Below are positions 36,731 to 51,392 of a stretch of DNA of 64,000 nt, in pieces; the stretch's first letter is position 1; each line of letters begins with the position of its first letter. A program made the position numbers and the translations under genes. The DNA comes from Heteronotia binoei (Eukaryota): assembly GCF_032191835.1 (NCBI RefSeq), contig NC_083230.1, forward strand, positions 68,076,001-68,140,000, given 5' to 3'. A model generated the notes under the pieces. It saw only the letters and a program-made list of their open reading frames with translations, was not told the origin of the DNA and did no database searches.

Positions 36731-38003
36731 CTTTGCAGTGAGTGTTCTTTCTGTTGAAGGAAATTAAACAAATACGATTAGATGATTGGGCAACACTCAG
36801 AAGTACATCTGAAGGGTTATTATTTCACATTAAATTTAAAAATCTCAGTTCATAACAACATATCACTATGCTTAAACTTGTAAGCTATTATGACACAGGT
36901 ATCCATCAGGTAGCAATACTTCCATCAATGACTCTTTAGTAATTCATGCAATTAACAGTTGACTGAGACATGACAATGACCACTGAGTATTGATAAACAC
37001 AGTTTGATAACAGCTTAGCATGAATAGATATACCATAAAGTTATAATAAATATTTCCAAATTGGAGTATGGTACATGAATCAAGAATCAAAGGATAGTGG
37101 ACTATTACCAAATAATAGACTGTTGGTATTGGAATGAAGACACTTTGGTTCAGGTAAGACTCATTGGGTTACTTTTGGACAGCCATTATTATTTAGTTTA
37201 ATATACTCATCCATGTGAGAATAAAGTGGTGAGGATAAAGTGGTATTTCTCTACTTTAGTTTATCCTTACAAGGACAATTATACTACCCTGAGCTCTTTA
37301 GTAAAAGGGTGGAATACAATATTCATATACTATTGGTTTCAAGAAGTTTTTCACACATCATATTTCCTTTAGAGATACTAGAAGGTTGCCAAGCCTATAG
37401 CTCTGAGCTTGGAAATATGACCTCTTGTAATTTGTAATGCACATCTTCAATATGAAGCTCTTGATTCTTCTCTAACATGCAGATTATGGACATTTTCCTG
37501 CAATTTTAAGAGAAAACAGAGGGGGGTGTTTGTGCATGCTCACACAACACACCTCTGTTGGAGCTAATACCTGCATTTCTCTTTCCCTGTTTCTTAGACA
37601 GGGAGAAAAAACAGTTCACCACTTGGCCAAAAACCAAGCACCAGCTGGGTCATATGCAGAAGAGGTAGTATTACTGCTTTTCTCTCTTCCTCCTCCCTCA
37701 GTGGGCATGTGTCTGACCAATCTGCAGGTCAAACTGAAAGGCCAACAGCATCAGCAACAAAAACATCCTCCTCAAGTACTTCCATAGAGTCTGAGGAATC
37801 TGAGCTGCCATGATGGGAACAAGGCAAAGGAGGTGACATGGTGCTGTGAAGATGGTTGACTTTCTGTGTGGGGAAAATCAACCCTCTTCACAGTAAGGAA
37901 TGAGTGAATGGGCAAGCATGTAGTGGGGAGGGGGGGGTAAACAGAATGGCAAGAAAAAGGTGTGCTGGCACTGGCAGAACATTGAGGAGAATGGTGGGTG
38001 GGT

Positions 38004-38102
38004 AGGCTGAGTAGAAATGTGGCAGGTCAGCAAAATAGCAAGGGGGTGGGCAGGCTGAGTAGAAATATGGCAGGTCAGCAAAATAGCAAGGGGGTGGGCA
38101 GG
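38004..38102. repeat. 48-bp tandem duplication in a purine-rich tract of LUM intron 1
   Basis: aggctgagtagaaat(g/a)tggcaggtcagcaaaatagcaagggggtgggc twice (38004, 38052). Confidence 0.85.
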
Positions 38103-40348
38103 TAGAGTGACAATGAAGGTGTATATTGGAGGGCAGAATGGCAAGGAGTGGATGGGCAGGCAGAGCAATAAAGAGGAATTGGGGAAGAAAGGCAAGGGGG
38201 ATTGGCTGAGCAATGAAGGGGGATGGGTAAGCAGAATGAGTGAGTAGGCGGAGCAGTGAGGAGAGGGATAGATGAGCAAATTGAGCAACAAGTATAGTGG
38301 TGGATGCTGGGGAGGTCAGACTGAGGTAAGACAGCATCGTGGGAAGGCAAAGGGGATGTAGGGACCATTGTTGAACTTAAGGGTGGGGGAGAAGGTATAA
38401 TATGTGGAAGAAAAAAGATGGGGGGGAGATGGCAGTGAAAGGAAAGTGCAAAGTAAGGTGAATGGGGGTGTCAGTAGCCAGACAATGCAGCAGGAACCAG
38501 TGGAGAAATTTCCCTGTGAGTTTCTCATGGTCCCCACTTGTGCTTGTACTAATTTCATGATACCACCAGGGCAGTACCTAATCTGAAATGTTCTGATCTT
38601 TCTATCACATAAGAAATTATAAAATATCATACCAAATCCTTTAAAATACAGACATACCTTAAGTTAGATGAAGCTTTTTGTTTAATATGTCTCCATGTGC
38701 ACCTTTTGAAGAAGAGAGGAACATGATGTATAGAGATGGCTGCATGTTATAATTATTCTGGTCATTGAGCCATAAGTACTTTTGTTAAGTCTTGGCATAC
38801 ATTTGTGAAATATAGTTATTTTTTCCATGCAGATTTGCAAGCTAAAGACCATTTGATGCCTTGCAAGTGTTGAGAGGAGAGAGCTGTGGGAAATTTTGGA
38901 TGAGAACTAACTTTATTAGGTGCAGTTGAGCTTGTATTGAAGACAATGGAAAAGTGCCCATTTTTAGTAGAGAGTTGAACTGCATCCTAAATATGCTTGT
39001 ATGAGAACATACTGAATCAACTGCCAAAAAATAATTTTGAGCTGCAGCTGTTGTAGATTATCATTAATTGAGTGGAGTTAATGTATAGGCTGCCTTGACG
39101 TGCTAACCAATCAAAGTTATAAACATTTGCTGTTTCTTTAAAACAATGTAAAACCACAATTCAGGCCTGTCATTTGGACTGACACATCTTGGCCTTGTCA
39201 TCTGTGCTCATCTCAATGTTCAGGCATTCCAGTTACCACTGCTTTGAAAAAGTAGACTGGTAGATGACTATAATAAGTATTATCGCATTTTCTTTAGGGA
39301 ACTTGTTAAAATATTGGCATTTGAATATTTAGAAATGCCTGCATGCAATATTTTTAATGAAATATCAAACAACAGCGGTAAATATTACAAATTATATAAA
39401 AAAGACACAAGGACGCAGATATTAATATCTGCCTGCATTTTATGTAAAACTTCCATATAAAAGCTGTAATGTTATTATCATTGCCAATTATATGGTTACA
39501 AGTTATATATTCTGCGTATTGAGAACAGCATAATAAGAAATTCTATGTAATTCCTTTCCTATTGAAACTATACATGGTATACATACGATGAAACCATGCA
39601 CGTGTGCTTGTATCAGTCTAGTATTTAGTTAGATCTTTAGTTAACTGCATGGTATTTAAAAGCACCATACAGAAATGTCATTAAAAGTTGCATTGAAATT
39701 GCAGCACAATCATAAGCACAATTACACCCTTCTAAATACATTGACTTGAATAGATTTAGAAGGATGTAACTTTGCTTACAATTGTGCTCTTAATGGCAGC
39801 AAGAAAACTTCACTAATAGAAATCAAGCAAACTTTTTAAATCTGTTTTGAAATATTCAATATGAAGACATCAATGAACTTGCAAAGGTCAGTTTGTTACC
39901 CTTTAAAATAGCACATAAATTTGTAGCATCTTTAAGTAATGCATTTGGATCTTGCCATTAATATTATTCAAAATGTAAGTATTTAGTAAGTTTATTTTGA
40001 AATGCACATTGAGTTCTGAAATCATTGGAATGTTTAACATCATCTGTTAACAAATATATTCTTCTAATCTATTGGATAATTATATAATATCTGTACTTTT
40101 GGTGTTTTCTCTCCTGCCCCAAGCCTTGGCCATTTGTACAGAATAACAGTTCTCCTAGAAGTCTACATCCTCTGCAAAAGAAGTGCAGCAATAACCCACA
40201 AAACATGTGGAGCATTATAAAACATAGTGCAAAGGCAACCACACAAAAGCAACTGCTTGTGTTTAGTCTGTAAATTGGCAAAGTTCTCCTGGCATGTTCT
40301 CATTAGTGCTTCATTCATCAGTTTGATCATTAGCATTAAAGCACTTAC

Positions 40349-40470
40349 CTTTCTGACTTGAAGTTGCTTTCTTTAATTCCCACAGCAGATTCAGTAAGGG
40401 ACTGGATCGACCAATATATGCTATAAACAATGTCAGGAGGTAATCTGCTGCCAGATCCTCTGTGATACAA
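40349..40470 (-). other. LUM: LUM non-coding exon 1 (5'UTR)
   Basis: Minus strand gtatcacagaggatctggcagcag...agcatatattggtcgat...gaattaaagaaagc resembles the mammalian LUM 5'UTR as I recall it; ends in donor AAG|gtaagt (40349/40348). Confidence 0.75.
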
Positions 40471-42547
40471 GAGCTTGGGGAAGAAAAAATTCCTAGTCAC
40501 GCTGTTCTCTATGTCATCATGGGATTCTGGTGGTGGGGCATGTAAAACGGCTGCTGTCTAATCAAGTGCAGGTGGACAGTGGTAAAGGACAACCCGTCTA
40601 CTCTCCCTGTGGAACAGGAGAGAGATAACCCCTTTAAGCAACTTGGGAAAGTTCAGGCTGCCTATCATAGCACAGAATCTTGCTGTGGAAAAAAACAATT
40701 TAAATAATATACAAATTGCAAACAGATATTACATTTCCCCCAGCTGATTTTAGAGTCCTCAGCAAGATCTGACAAATAGCGCTCCAACCTCAGTGTAGCC
40801 ACAATTCTTAAACCAAAGGAGTCATTCTTTTCCCTCTTGTTTTTCTTTCTACTAAGTTATGTACGTAATAGACTAATGAAAGCCCCTGCAGTGGAAAATA
40901 GCCCCAGTGATAAAATCAAACCAGGATTTTCTTTTGCCACATTGCATTTTGAAAACATTCTCCTACACAGTCAAAGGGAGACATACAAGGTTTGAATGTT
41001 TTTTTTTAAAAAAAGTTATATCTGCATAATAGAAAACAATTATACATATAAACTTAAAGATAAGAAACAGAAAGTTGGCAGTTTCTGTAACAGTACATGA
41101 ACATGTGGCCCTGTTAGGACTTAAATCTTCAGAATCTGGAACCAATCAACTGTGTGTTGTCTGTTTTGTATTTCATGGATACTGTTCAAGAATGCATCCT
41201 AAAGCTTGGATGACAGTTGTTGAAATAAGGCACTGCCAAAATAATGCCATAAAAATAATAAGAAAATTTACTGGCCAGCTATAAGTATTATTTCTGTTTC
41301 TAATATCTTCATGAAACTCCCATTAAAGTATTCTATTTGTTAAGAGATATATTGCTCCTTTTAAAAACTTTACTCTTTACACTTAAGTGGTTTAAGGAGG
41401 TGAGAGGGACAAAAGAGAGAGGTATGAATTTTTCAGGACAGTCTTAAAAAAACAACTTGCAATACTGTGCCACATAGACAACCAATGTACGTAGGTAGCC
41501 GTGTTGGAGCAGGGAAAAATTCCGAAGTAATATCTTTTTATCATAAAATAGTGAGCACAAGGACTCTTCATTAGAGTCATAGGAAATGTAGCCTATATGG
41601 GGGTTTGTCATCATTGGGATGTCTCCTTCAAGGAGTCCCCCACCACATTTATGCCGTTCCCCTTCCTGCTCCCAGCAGTGTTGTAGCAGGAAATTGTCTC
41701 CTTATCTAGGGGGTGGTCCCAGAGCAGCCCCATCCCCTTAACCTTCCAGCAGCACCCCTTTACTGGCAGAGCTCTATCAAGTACAGGACAGCATATGAGG
41801 TGTGAAAACCCAGGAGAGATAAAGCAACTGATTTATTAAATAAAACATGACAATAGCCAAACACATGGAGAAAATAGTAATTTTTCAGAAGGTCTAACAC
41901 AGGATGGCTGATTACAGACCGGCACTTTGGGCTGACACAGAGACACCTCTGAAGTCGGCCCAGAAAATCTGTTCAGACGACATCTGTCAGCCATCTTCCT
42001 CCCGTCCTCACCCCATCTTCCAGGCGCCCGAGACCAGCTCAAAAAGCTACCACTTCCAAAGTGGTAGCAATTTTTGAGCTAGCCATCAGTCACCTCACTG
42101 CCACCTGGACGGGGAAGGGCGCAAGTGAGGCGACTTGGCAGTGTGGAACTGCCAAGCCGCCCCAAGCTATTCCCAGGTTTTTTTTAAAAAAGAAACCATT
42201 CAGAGTGCTGGAGCACTTGTGCACATTAGCGCTTGCCCCCCGAGGGGAGAAAAAAAGGAATTTGGCTTCTGGGTCGCCTTCCCATGTGGAGGCGCCCAGC
42301 TGCCTCATGGACGGGATGCGGGCGGCATGTAGGTGAGCATGTGGAGGCTCTGGGACGACTCTTTTTGAGCCATCCCAATTCAGGACACCTCTAAATCACC
42401 CCAGAATGCCCATCTGTTCTCACCTGATATATACCCAAAAAGCAGGACAAAACTGACACACAAAGGAGCCTGCAGAAAAACAATTAAGCCTCTCTAATAT
42501 GGCTACCTCACTGTTTCCATTCTGTACTCCAGGTAGAGTTCCCACAG

Positions 42548-42890
42548 CTTGATTTCTATGCCTGGAAATGTTTTAGAACAAATCAACAGTCAGTCAGTCC
42601 TTAAGCCTTTAGAAAGGACAGCTGTGATTACTAAGTGCCAGCATGAGTTTCTCAAGAACAAGACTAACCTTATCTTTAAAAAAAGAAGAAGAAAGCTTAT
42701 TACCTTGCTGGATTGGGGGGATGCTGTAGACATAGTTTATCTTGATTTCAGTAAGGCTTTTGATGGGGTTCCACATAATGTTCTTCCTGTTAGGTAGATC
42801 TCTTACTGGTTGACAGATGGCACCCAAAGAATGCTTGTTAATGGTTCTTCATCCTCTTGGAGAGGAGTGACAAGTGGGTGTTTCAAAGAT
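42548..42890 (+). mobile_element. Old CR1 RT fragment
   Basis: LDWGDAVDIVYLDFSKAFDGVPH and QRMLVNGSSSSWRGVTSG. Confidence 0.82.
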
Positions 42891-42904
42891 CTGTCCTGGG
42901 ACCC

Positions 42905-43262
42905 GGGCTTTCTCTGTAGTGGCTCCACACCTATGGAACCAGCTTCTGGAAGAAATGCGGGCCCTGCGGGATTTCGAACAGTTCCGCAGGGCCTGCAAGA
43001 CCATCCTTTTTAGGATGGCCTACACCGATTAAAGAGAGAGAGAGAGACTGCTAAGAAAAAAATTATCATCTGTTGTAATAGCACCAGGATGTCAATTTTA
43101 TTAATTTTAATTTTAGAATTTTAATTAAATTGTTAAATTAGTTATTGTTTCGAATATCATTGTATAATTTAATGTATTGATTTAATGTTGTTAGCCGCCC
43201 TGAGCCTGCTTCGGCGGGGAGGGCGGGATACAAATAAAATGATGATGATGATGATGATGATG
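42905..43262 (+). mobile_element. L2 3' fragment with (GAT)n tail
   Basis: cacctatggaaccagcttctggaagaaatgcgggccctgcggg ... gttagccgccctgagcctgcttcggcggggagggcgggatacaaat. Confidence 0.85.
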
Positions 43263-43292
43263 TTTTGTTCAGCATTGTTCAGCATTTGCTAG

Positions 43293-43572
43293 AGCCAGTT
43301 TGGTGTAGTGGTCAAGTGTGCAGACTCTTCTGTGGGAGAACCAGGTTTGATTTCCCACTTCTTCACATGCACCTGCTGATGTCACCTTGAGTCAGTCACA
43401 AGTTCTCGCAGAGCTGTTTCTCTCAAGAGCAGTTTCTGTCAGAGCTCTCTCAGCTCCACCTACCTCACAGGGTGTCTGTTGTGGTGAGGGAAAGAGAAAT
43501 GAGAATGAAAGATGCTCTGAGATTCCTTTGGGTAGGGAAGGGCAGGATATAAATCCAATCTCTTCTCTTCTT
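43293..43572 (+). mobile_element. tRNA-derived SINE with L2-like tail (Squam-type)
   Basis: gagccagtttggtgtagtggtcaag, ggtttgatttccc, ctacctcacagggtgtctgttgtgg, ggatataaatcc + (CTT)n. Confidence 0.8.
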
Positions 43573-43691
43573 CTTCCCATATTGTTTTTATACTTAACAT
43601 ACAGCCCTGTCATGAATTTAGGTTCCTGTATTGCTGATTTCTCTTTCCTAAGTCCAAGGTAAATTAATGAAGTGGCCTACAGGTCTTGGAG

Positions 43692-44026
43692 CAGGGCCGG
43701 CCCTTTAACTAGGCAAACCAGGCGGCTGCCTGGGGCATAGCCCTGGCAAGGGCACCGGTGCGGGCCTGGGAGGATGCTGGAATGGCCCACCCTTGCCTCC
43801 GTGGTGAGGGAAATACCGGCAGAAGCGGCTCAAGGAAGCTGCATGCCTGCGCTGCAGAGCGTGCCACAGGGCTGCCTGTCACTCTGCTGGTTGCATCAGA
43901 AATATGGGTGGAGCTAGGGCAGCCTCACAGCGTGCTCCGTGGTGAAAGCGCATGGCTGCTCCCCGCCGCTTTTGGAGGGGGCGGGGCACCTTGCCTAGGG
44001 CACTGTTCTGCCTTAAGCCACCGTTG
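43692..44026. mobile_element. Degenerate hAT MITE
   Basis: Left end cagggccggccc; near-TSD tcttggag / ccttggag; right TIR poorly conserved. Confidence 0.5.
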
Positions 44027-44569
44027 CCTTGGAGTAGCTTCTCTCCCACTCAAAGGCCTGGGGATGTGCTGTAATTTACCCTCTGGGCCTACATTTCCCA
44101 GAAACTCTCCAAGCTGGGGTCAATCATTGCAGAGGAGAGAGGGTCTTGCAGAGGAGAGAAAATGATATAAGGTCTCACTCAAGGAGGGGTGTTGCTCTCT
44201 TTCAGGACAAATAGAAAAGAGGTTGCTATCAGTTGCAGATGATCCCTCATCCAAGGAAAGTAAGTCTGTACCAGAAGGGCCATGTCCTGAAGTTTAGGTT
44301 GCTAGTGTCTGGCAACTGTTGGGAGGGTTATGTGAGGCAGCATCTCAGAAGAAAAATTAAAAAAAAAATAAAGCCTTTTCTACTTATAAGAAGTGCTGAC
44401 CAAAGAGATCCTGGTGATTACTAGAGGTACGTAGAAATAACCAGGGGTCGTTTTGTAGAAAAATAGGTGGTAGAGCTCATCCAGAGATTGTTATGCACCT
44501 ACTATTCAATGGAGACTGGCTTTTTTCTGACTACACCAGTTTTGGCAACAGTGTCTTGCCTGTTCTGCA

Positions 44570-45030
44570 GTAACCTAGCTACGGTAATCCACATAATGGT
44601 CACCTCCAGATTAGACTACTGTAACTCACTCTATGTAGGGCTACCCTTGAGACTGACCTGGAAAATTCAGCTGGTACAGAATGCAGCTGTGTAGGTCCTT
44701 ACATGGATCTCACATATGGCACAAATTCAACCTGCACTGTGAGATCTGAACTGGCTTTCAAAGGAGTACTGGATCAGGTTCAAGGTAATGGAACTTATCT
44801 TTAAGGCCCATATGTCAGGGACCCATATATCTTCAAGACCTCCTCTCCTCTCCTGGTACACCCCCCCCCCCCCAAGAGCATTACACTCATTTGATAAGAA
44901 CCTTCTGGTGGTCCCTGGCCCAAGAGATATCCAGCTGTTCTCAGCCAGCCCTGAAAATGCCCTGGCCCCAACATGGTGGAACTCTCTGTCAAATGACATC
45001 TGTGCCTTAAAGGATATAATGCAGTTCCAC
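44570..45030 (+). mobile_element. Old L2 RT C-terminal fragment
   Basis: MVTSRLDYCNSLYVGLPL...IQLVQNAA; ccaacatggtggaactctctg. Confidence 0.8.
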
Positions 45031-46676
45031 AGTATTGTAAAATAAGTTCAGTCAGCTTTTATGTAAGCAGTAAGGTTTTGTTCGAGAAGAAATAGTCACA
45101 AACACAGGCAACACAACAAAATATATACACTTTGGCTGCGTACAACACACACCCCTTGAGTTGGCAGCAATCCCTCCTATTGGTCTCTCCAGGATCCTTC
45201 ATTTGCATTTACTGTAATAAATGCCTCACATCCTGATTAGCTGGTTCTAAGAGAACAGCCAATTGGAATGTAGGTATTAGGATCCTGGAGAGTAATGGAA
45301 GCATGCTTCAAGCTCAAGCCAAACAGTAATACAAACCAGATACATAACACCCAGGGCATGTAAGGCGGAGATGTTCCACCAAGCATTTGACTGAAGACAG
45401 TGATCGCTCTATCAAGCTGGCTCTCCTGTCTCTCCCCGACCTCTCTTTCTTGGTGGTTGCATTCTCTGGGCAGTTTATTGCCATTTATTGATATTGGTGT
45501 TTTAAGCTGTAAGTTAAACTATGTTATTGGAAATTGTGAACTTGTAAATGGCTTTGATGTACACTGCCCTGAGCCCTATTTATAGGGGACGGTGGTTTAA
45601 AAATGTAAATAAATAAATAATAAACTACTGGGAAGTTCATGGAAAGTTAATGCTGGTTAACTTCCTATGAACTTCAGTTTGTGCACCAAGAATCAGTCAA
45701 AATTAATCACGAACTTTCATTCCTGTGCCCATTCCTGAACATCACAATCAACAATTTTCATAACTACCCATCCCAGCCTCATCTGGAACACACAGGTTCC
45801 TATTAGTCTGTGAACAACATACAAATTTAGTAGTCCTTATATTCACAATACATGAGATTAACGTTAGAATACTGCATGAGGTAATAGGCCAATAAAAGAA
45901 ATGAATAGTATTACTTACTACAGGGATCCCCTGTGGTTATTTTCAAAACTTTGAGAATGGGTTTGTCTTGTTTTTGTGATGTTATAGATAGCAGGTAGGC
46001 CTGAGTCAGCTCATGCAAATAAATACAGAGGTTATACAAAACAATCTGACATAAATGGTCCTGGTAATGGAACCATGGCCTCATGTCTACCCATGGCTGG
46101 GAAATAGTGACAGCTTATATGATTTGGATATGAATTTGAAATCTTGTGGTCTGAGGCTGGAACTTAACTGGTAAACCACACTGGACCTCTTCCCTGATTG
46201 TCCTTGTTAAGCCTCCCACAGATATTTAAAAATAAAAATAATGGACTTAATGTAGTATTCATCTGTGTGTGGAGAGCATCCTGTTGCCAGGGTCCCATGG
46301 TTGCTCCCAGGACCCCGAGAATAGAGAAGGCATAAAGCTTGGTCAGCTCCAATGGTGGAATGCATGACTGGCTGTCCTAGGCTTCTCCTCTAGCTGTGAG
46401 GTACCAGCAGACTTAGATTCACCACAAGACTTTGCAGGATGCTGGACAAGGTCCAACTGTGAGTGTCTGCAGACTCCAGGCCACTGATGCAGCTGGAGGC
46501 ACTCAGTCCCATAAAGTTCAGCTCTTGGAAGTTGTGGGATCAACAACTTTGCTAGTACTGTAGTGGGAACAGAGCAGTTTCTTTCCAAGCCTGTCTGATT
46601 CCTCCTGTATAGAATATAGGTGTCAAAAAATATGCTTCAGGAAATAGAGCATAGCAGCATAAGGGGGAGAGAAATA

Positions 46677-46910
46677 TCATAGAATCATAGAGTTGGAAGG
46701 GATAATCTAGTCCAACCCCCTGCACAAATGCAAGAACACAGATACCCCCCCCCCCCCGCACATACATCTCCAGTGACCCCTGCTCCATGTCCAGAAGATG
46801 GCAAAAACCTCCATGATTCTTTGTGAAATTGGCCTGGAGAAAAATTGCTGACTGACTCCAAAGTGTCAATCAGCATTTCCCTGGGCTTGTATGAAAGGAC
46901 CACAAGCACT
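46677..46910 (-). mobile_element. CR1-family 3' end (ctatgatt-type tail)
   Basis: tcatagaatcatagagttggaaggg...ctagtccaacccc. Confidence 0.6.
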
Positions 46911-48456
46911 TGTGAGCATGAGCCCCCTCCTCCATGTTTAAATGGACTGTGTTCACCCTGACCCTGGTTCCAGACTCCCTGGACCCTCTTTTGTCACCAT
47001 TTATGGACTGAGTTTACTTTGCCCTAGTTTCAGAGATACAGGACTCTTATTGTTATGAACTCTCAGTATGGCCTTATATTGTGTGAACATAGGAAAATTA
47101 CTTCTATGAACATTCAGTGATAAACAGAACACATTGGGTATAAGAGTTAACCCAATATAGACATTCATAACAAATACCTACGCCTACTGTCTATAGACAA
47201 TGGATTCTGTTTGATCTTAAGCATTTGGCATTTGTGCCAGCTTCCATATGGACATTTTACTCTGTGTGGGGCCAAACAGCAAGTACCCCACTTAGCTAAG
47301 AGGCCTCCCTGCCTGTTCCTGCCATTGCTGTAACTGTGCATTCCTCCTGCATAGAAGGATTCTACATCAGGCTTCCCTGAAGCTGCCAAGCCATACAGAA
47401 CATCACTGAACTCCTGTCCAAGGAAGACAGCCTCTAATAGCAGCCCCAACCAGAAGCCATGATGAAAGGGATCCTGAATCCATCTTGTTCCTGTACAGCC
47501 ATGAAGGTACAACAACAGCAGCACATACTCAGGGTGGGTCAATGTAGATGCAAACAAAGTAGCCAGCAGTTGGACAAAAGAGCTTGCTACAATGCCCGCA
47601 CATAACAGAGGTTTGTTCCTGTCAGCCATTGAGAAGATGACTGGACACGAAGAAAGAGCCCAAGGAAGCAACTGTTGCTAAGGTCTTAATTCCATCATGA
47701 AGACCATCCCCATTCTGTTAGCTATGGTGTTACAGTAGGTTATAATGTGGCTCTAAATTGACCAGTTCCTTTCTTTGTTTAAGGCAGTTTACCATCAGAG
47801 GATGGTGGAAGATAGATGGTAGTTTACCATCAGAGGAAGACAGGAGGGCATGGCGTGACTTTGTCCATGGGGTCGCAAAGAGTCAGATTCAACTGTGTGA
47901 CAGAACAACAACACCTTAGGCAACCCCATCAAGTCCCACTAATCCTATGGAGCCTCTGGGAGCCTCCCCCTGTCCGCCCCCTTTGGTGACATAAGGAGTC
48001 ACATGTACTGGCATCATGCAGTGTCACAGGTCATCTGACCTACTGGTCACACACCACATGACCTCATCATCTGAGGGCACACATTTGGTAATATAAGGCC
48101 AGCACATAGCCAGTTCAGTGTGTCTTGTCTTACCCTACCACAGACTTGCACACCCCAAACTCTGTTTGGGCCACTCTCCACCTTCATACCTTCTGCTTCA
48201 AGGATCCATGGACCAAGTAGTATCACCCTCCCCCATGCAATAATTCCTAAAAAAACCTCTATTCTTCACCACTTATTCCCTAGTCTCTATTTATGAATGT
48301 TTGATTGCATATCTTTAAGTAAACATTTTAAAATACATTTAGTCTGGAGTCTCCTTTCTGAAATTGCACTTCTGTAAATTGGTAAAAGATCTCTCCTATG
48401 CTCTACCAGGGTCTTCCTCTTGCTAATTCCCCCATCTAAGAGGATATCCCCATCAA

Positions 48457-48670
48457 GGGATGGTGGCTCAGTGGTAGAGCATCTGCTTGGGAAGCAGAAG
48501 GTCCCAGGTTCAATTCCTGGCATCTCCAAAAAAGGGTCCATACAAATAGGTGTGAAAAAACTCAGCTTGAGACCAAGGAGAGCCACTGCCAGTCTGAGAA
48601 GACAATACTGACATTGATGGACCAAAGGTCTGATTCAGTATAAAGCAGCTTCATATGTTCATATGTTCAT
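48457..48670 (+). mobile_element. tRNA-derived SINE
   Basis: A-box tggctcagtggtagagc, B-box ggttcaattcc, then non-tRNA body and tail cagcttcatatgttcatatgttc. Confidence 0.8.
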
Positions 48671-49530
48671 GTTCAATTTTGCTAACAAACTAAGCACTGA
48701 TTCAACCCTTCCTGCCCTCCTTCTCATGATCTGCCTAATTCACAGAATCAGCATTGCTGATTAGCTGTGCCAGCTCTCAGAAATTAGCTGCTTTCACTCT
48801 CAAAAATTCTGTATTTTCCATGTGAAAGGGAAGAACTGTATTAACCCTGGTTGCAGTGCTTTTTAAACAATGTAAAATAGTAATGTGAGAAAACTGTTCT
48901 TAATTTACTTCATGAACTATAGCACATTCATTTTAGACCTTTTTCCATGCTTGATCTCATATTATATTATCACTGCTAGTTATGCTCCAGTACATGAAGA
49001 TTTAACTCACATATTGCTTGTTTGGAGAGCTGATGGTACACTAAGCTCACTAGCTGCATCCAAACATGTATGGTTGTGTCCATTTGTAAGATTTGACTGT
49101 TTTTCTTGGCTGTTCCCACGTCACCACTGCCCTTAATTGTTTACATTTGATTATTGTTTCAAGGGAATATTTTTGAGTCGAGACTTGCTACTAAGTTGAT
49201 TCTGTGTGTCTTCAGTGTCTTCCTGCCCACAAATTTAGCTAATCTTGTGATCAAACTTGCAATCACATTCAAGCAGCACTGCTTGAATGGGAACACAAAA
49301 TAGGCAAATTAAAATTGGAGATGAATTACAAGCAATTCTGAATTTACAGATAGGTCATTTTAATGACATGACACATCTCTTATTTGGTAACTGGTGTTAT
49401 TTGTTGTTTTAAAATATTCAGTTTAAAAATAAAGCATGGAATGACCTTGTAAACTCGAGAAGCTATTGTTCAGACACAAAGCTGCCCAACATGGTACTTA
49501 CATTTTACGAAAAACCATAAAAACCATAAA

Positions 49531-49797
49531 ACGCCACAGGAGGTGGTGGCGGCTACAAGTATAGACAGCTTCAAGAGGGGATTGGATAAGCATATGGAGC
49601 AGAGGTCCATCAGTGGCTATTAGCCACAGCGTATTGTTGGAACTCTCTGTCTGGGGCAGTGATGCTCTGTATTTTTGGTGCTTGGGGGGGACCACAGTGG
49701 GAGGGCTTCTAGTGTCCTGACCCCACTGGTGGACCTCCTGATGGCACTTGTTTTTTTTTTTGGCCACTGAGTGACACAAAGTGTTGGACTGGATGGA
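49531..49797 (+). mobile_element. CR1 3' end (long 3'UTR variant)
   Basis: gccacaggaggtggtggcggctacaagtatagacagcttcaagagggg ... gtgttggactggatgg. Confidence 0.85.
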
Positions 49798-50015
49798 TAT
49801 CAAGAATCATAGCTGTTATTTTTTAAACACCCAGCTGCTAACATGTCAAAACAGATATCCAGGCCCAGGGAGTACATGCCACACCCTTTGAGGCTTGCTA
49901 GAAGGAAGGGAAAATAACTAAAATAACTTTGGAATATTTGAAACAATATACTTGTAGGTTCTTGTGGTCAAGTGCATTACCTGGTCCCAGGTCTACAGAA
50001 TAAGTTTCAGTTTAT

Positions 50016-51392
50016 TTCAATGTATATCCCGCCCTTCCCACCGAAGCGGCTCAGGGTGGCTTACAACACATAAGAACTAACATAGGTTTTGGATTTAAAA
50101 TACAGCAAATTACACCGTTAAAACAGTAAAATGGTAAAACAAGCGATCTATCAGAATACTACACTGCAATCTTCTATAGAGTTTCCAATGCCAGTTAGTT
50201 ATAGGCCAGCCAGAAAAGGGCTGTCTTACAGGCCCTGTGGAACTGGCCAAGGTCCCGCAGGGCCCTCACCTCCTCCGGCAGCTGGTTCCACCAGCAAGGG
50301 GCCATTACCGAGAAGGCCCTGTCCCTGGTGGATTTCAGATGGGCCTCTTTTGGCCCGGAGATATCAAGCAGATTTTGAGAGCCCAATCTCAGCACTCCTT
50401 GGGGAACATGTGGGGAGAGACGGTCCCTAAGGTAGGCAGGTCCTAGGCCATATAGAGCTTTAAAGGTAATAACCAGCACCTTGTACCGGACTCGGTATAT
50501 TATTGGCAGCCAATGCAGATCCCGAAGCCCTGGCCGAATGTGCTCCCATCTTGGAAGCCCTAATAACAGCCGGGCAGCAGCATTCTGCACTAACTGCAAC
50601 TTCCGGGTTCGGCACAGGGGCAGCCCCATGTAGAGGGCATTACAGTAATCCAACCTTGAGGTGACCGTTGCATGAATCACCATTGCTAGATCGTCATGCT
50701 CCAGGAAAGGAGCCAACTGCCTCGCCCACCTAAGATGGAAGAATGCAGACTTAGCAGTGGCTGCTACTTGAGCCTCCATTGTTAGGGAAGGCTCCAATAG
50801 TACCCCCAAACTCTTGACCTTGTGTGCCACTGTCAGCGACACACCATCAAAAACTGGCAGGGGGATTTCCCTTCCCGGGCCATGACGGCCCAAGCAAAGG
50901 ACCTCTGTCTTTGCCGGATTTAGCCTCAGTCCACTCAGCTTTAGCCACCTAGCCATGGCCTGTAGTGCCCGGTCCAAATTTTCTGGGACACAGGTAGGCC
51001 AACTGTCCATAGTAGATGACAACCCAACCCATACCTCCGGGCAATCTGGGCAAGGGGGCGCATATAGATGTTAAATAACATCGGGGAGAGCACCGCCCCT
51101 CGAGGCACTCCACAGTCAAGCATGTGTCTCCAGGACAGTTCACCCCCAATCGCCACCCTTTGTCCCCAACCTGCAAGGAAGGAGGAAAGCCATCGTAAGG
51201 CCAACCCCTGAATCCCTGCGTCGGCGAGGCGGCAGGTCAGTAACCGATGGTCAACCGTATCGAACGCTGCCAATTGGTCCAACAGCATCAGCACCGCCAA
51301 GCCGCCTCAATCCAGATGCCATTGAAGGTCATCTACCAGGGCAACCAGCACCGTCTCTGTCCCGTGGCCCGGGCAAAAGCCGGACTGATGAG
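50016..51392 (-). mobile_element. L2 LINE, 5'-truncated
   Basis: ORFs 51300-50941 and 51022-50195 are L2 RT (AAFDTVDH, GVPRGAVLSPMLFNIY, TSRLDYCNALYMGLP); same family as 7647-11457. Confidence 0.92.

Noticed and set aside
47165-47671. 168-aa minus-strand ORF
   Set aside because: No recognisable motif or splice context; only a vague, unconvincing resemblance to transposase text.
48457-48530. tRNA gene
   Set aside because: Has A and B boxes but no proper cloverleaf, and continues into a SINE body and tail shared with another copy.
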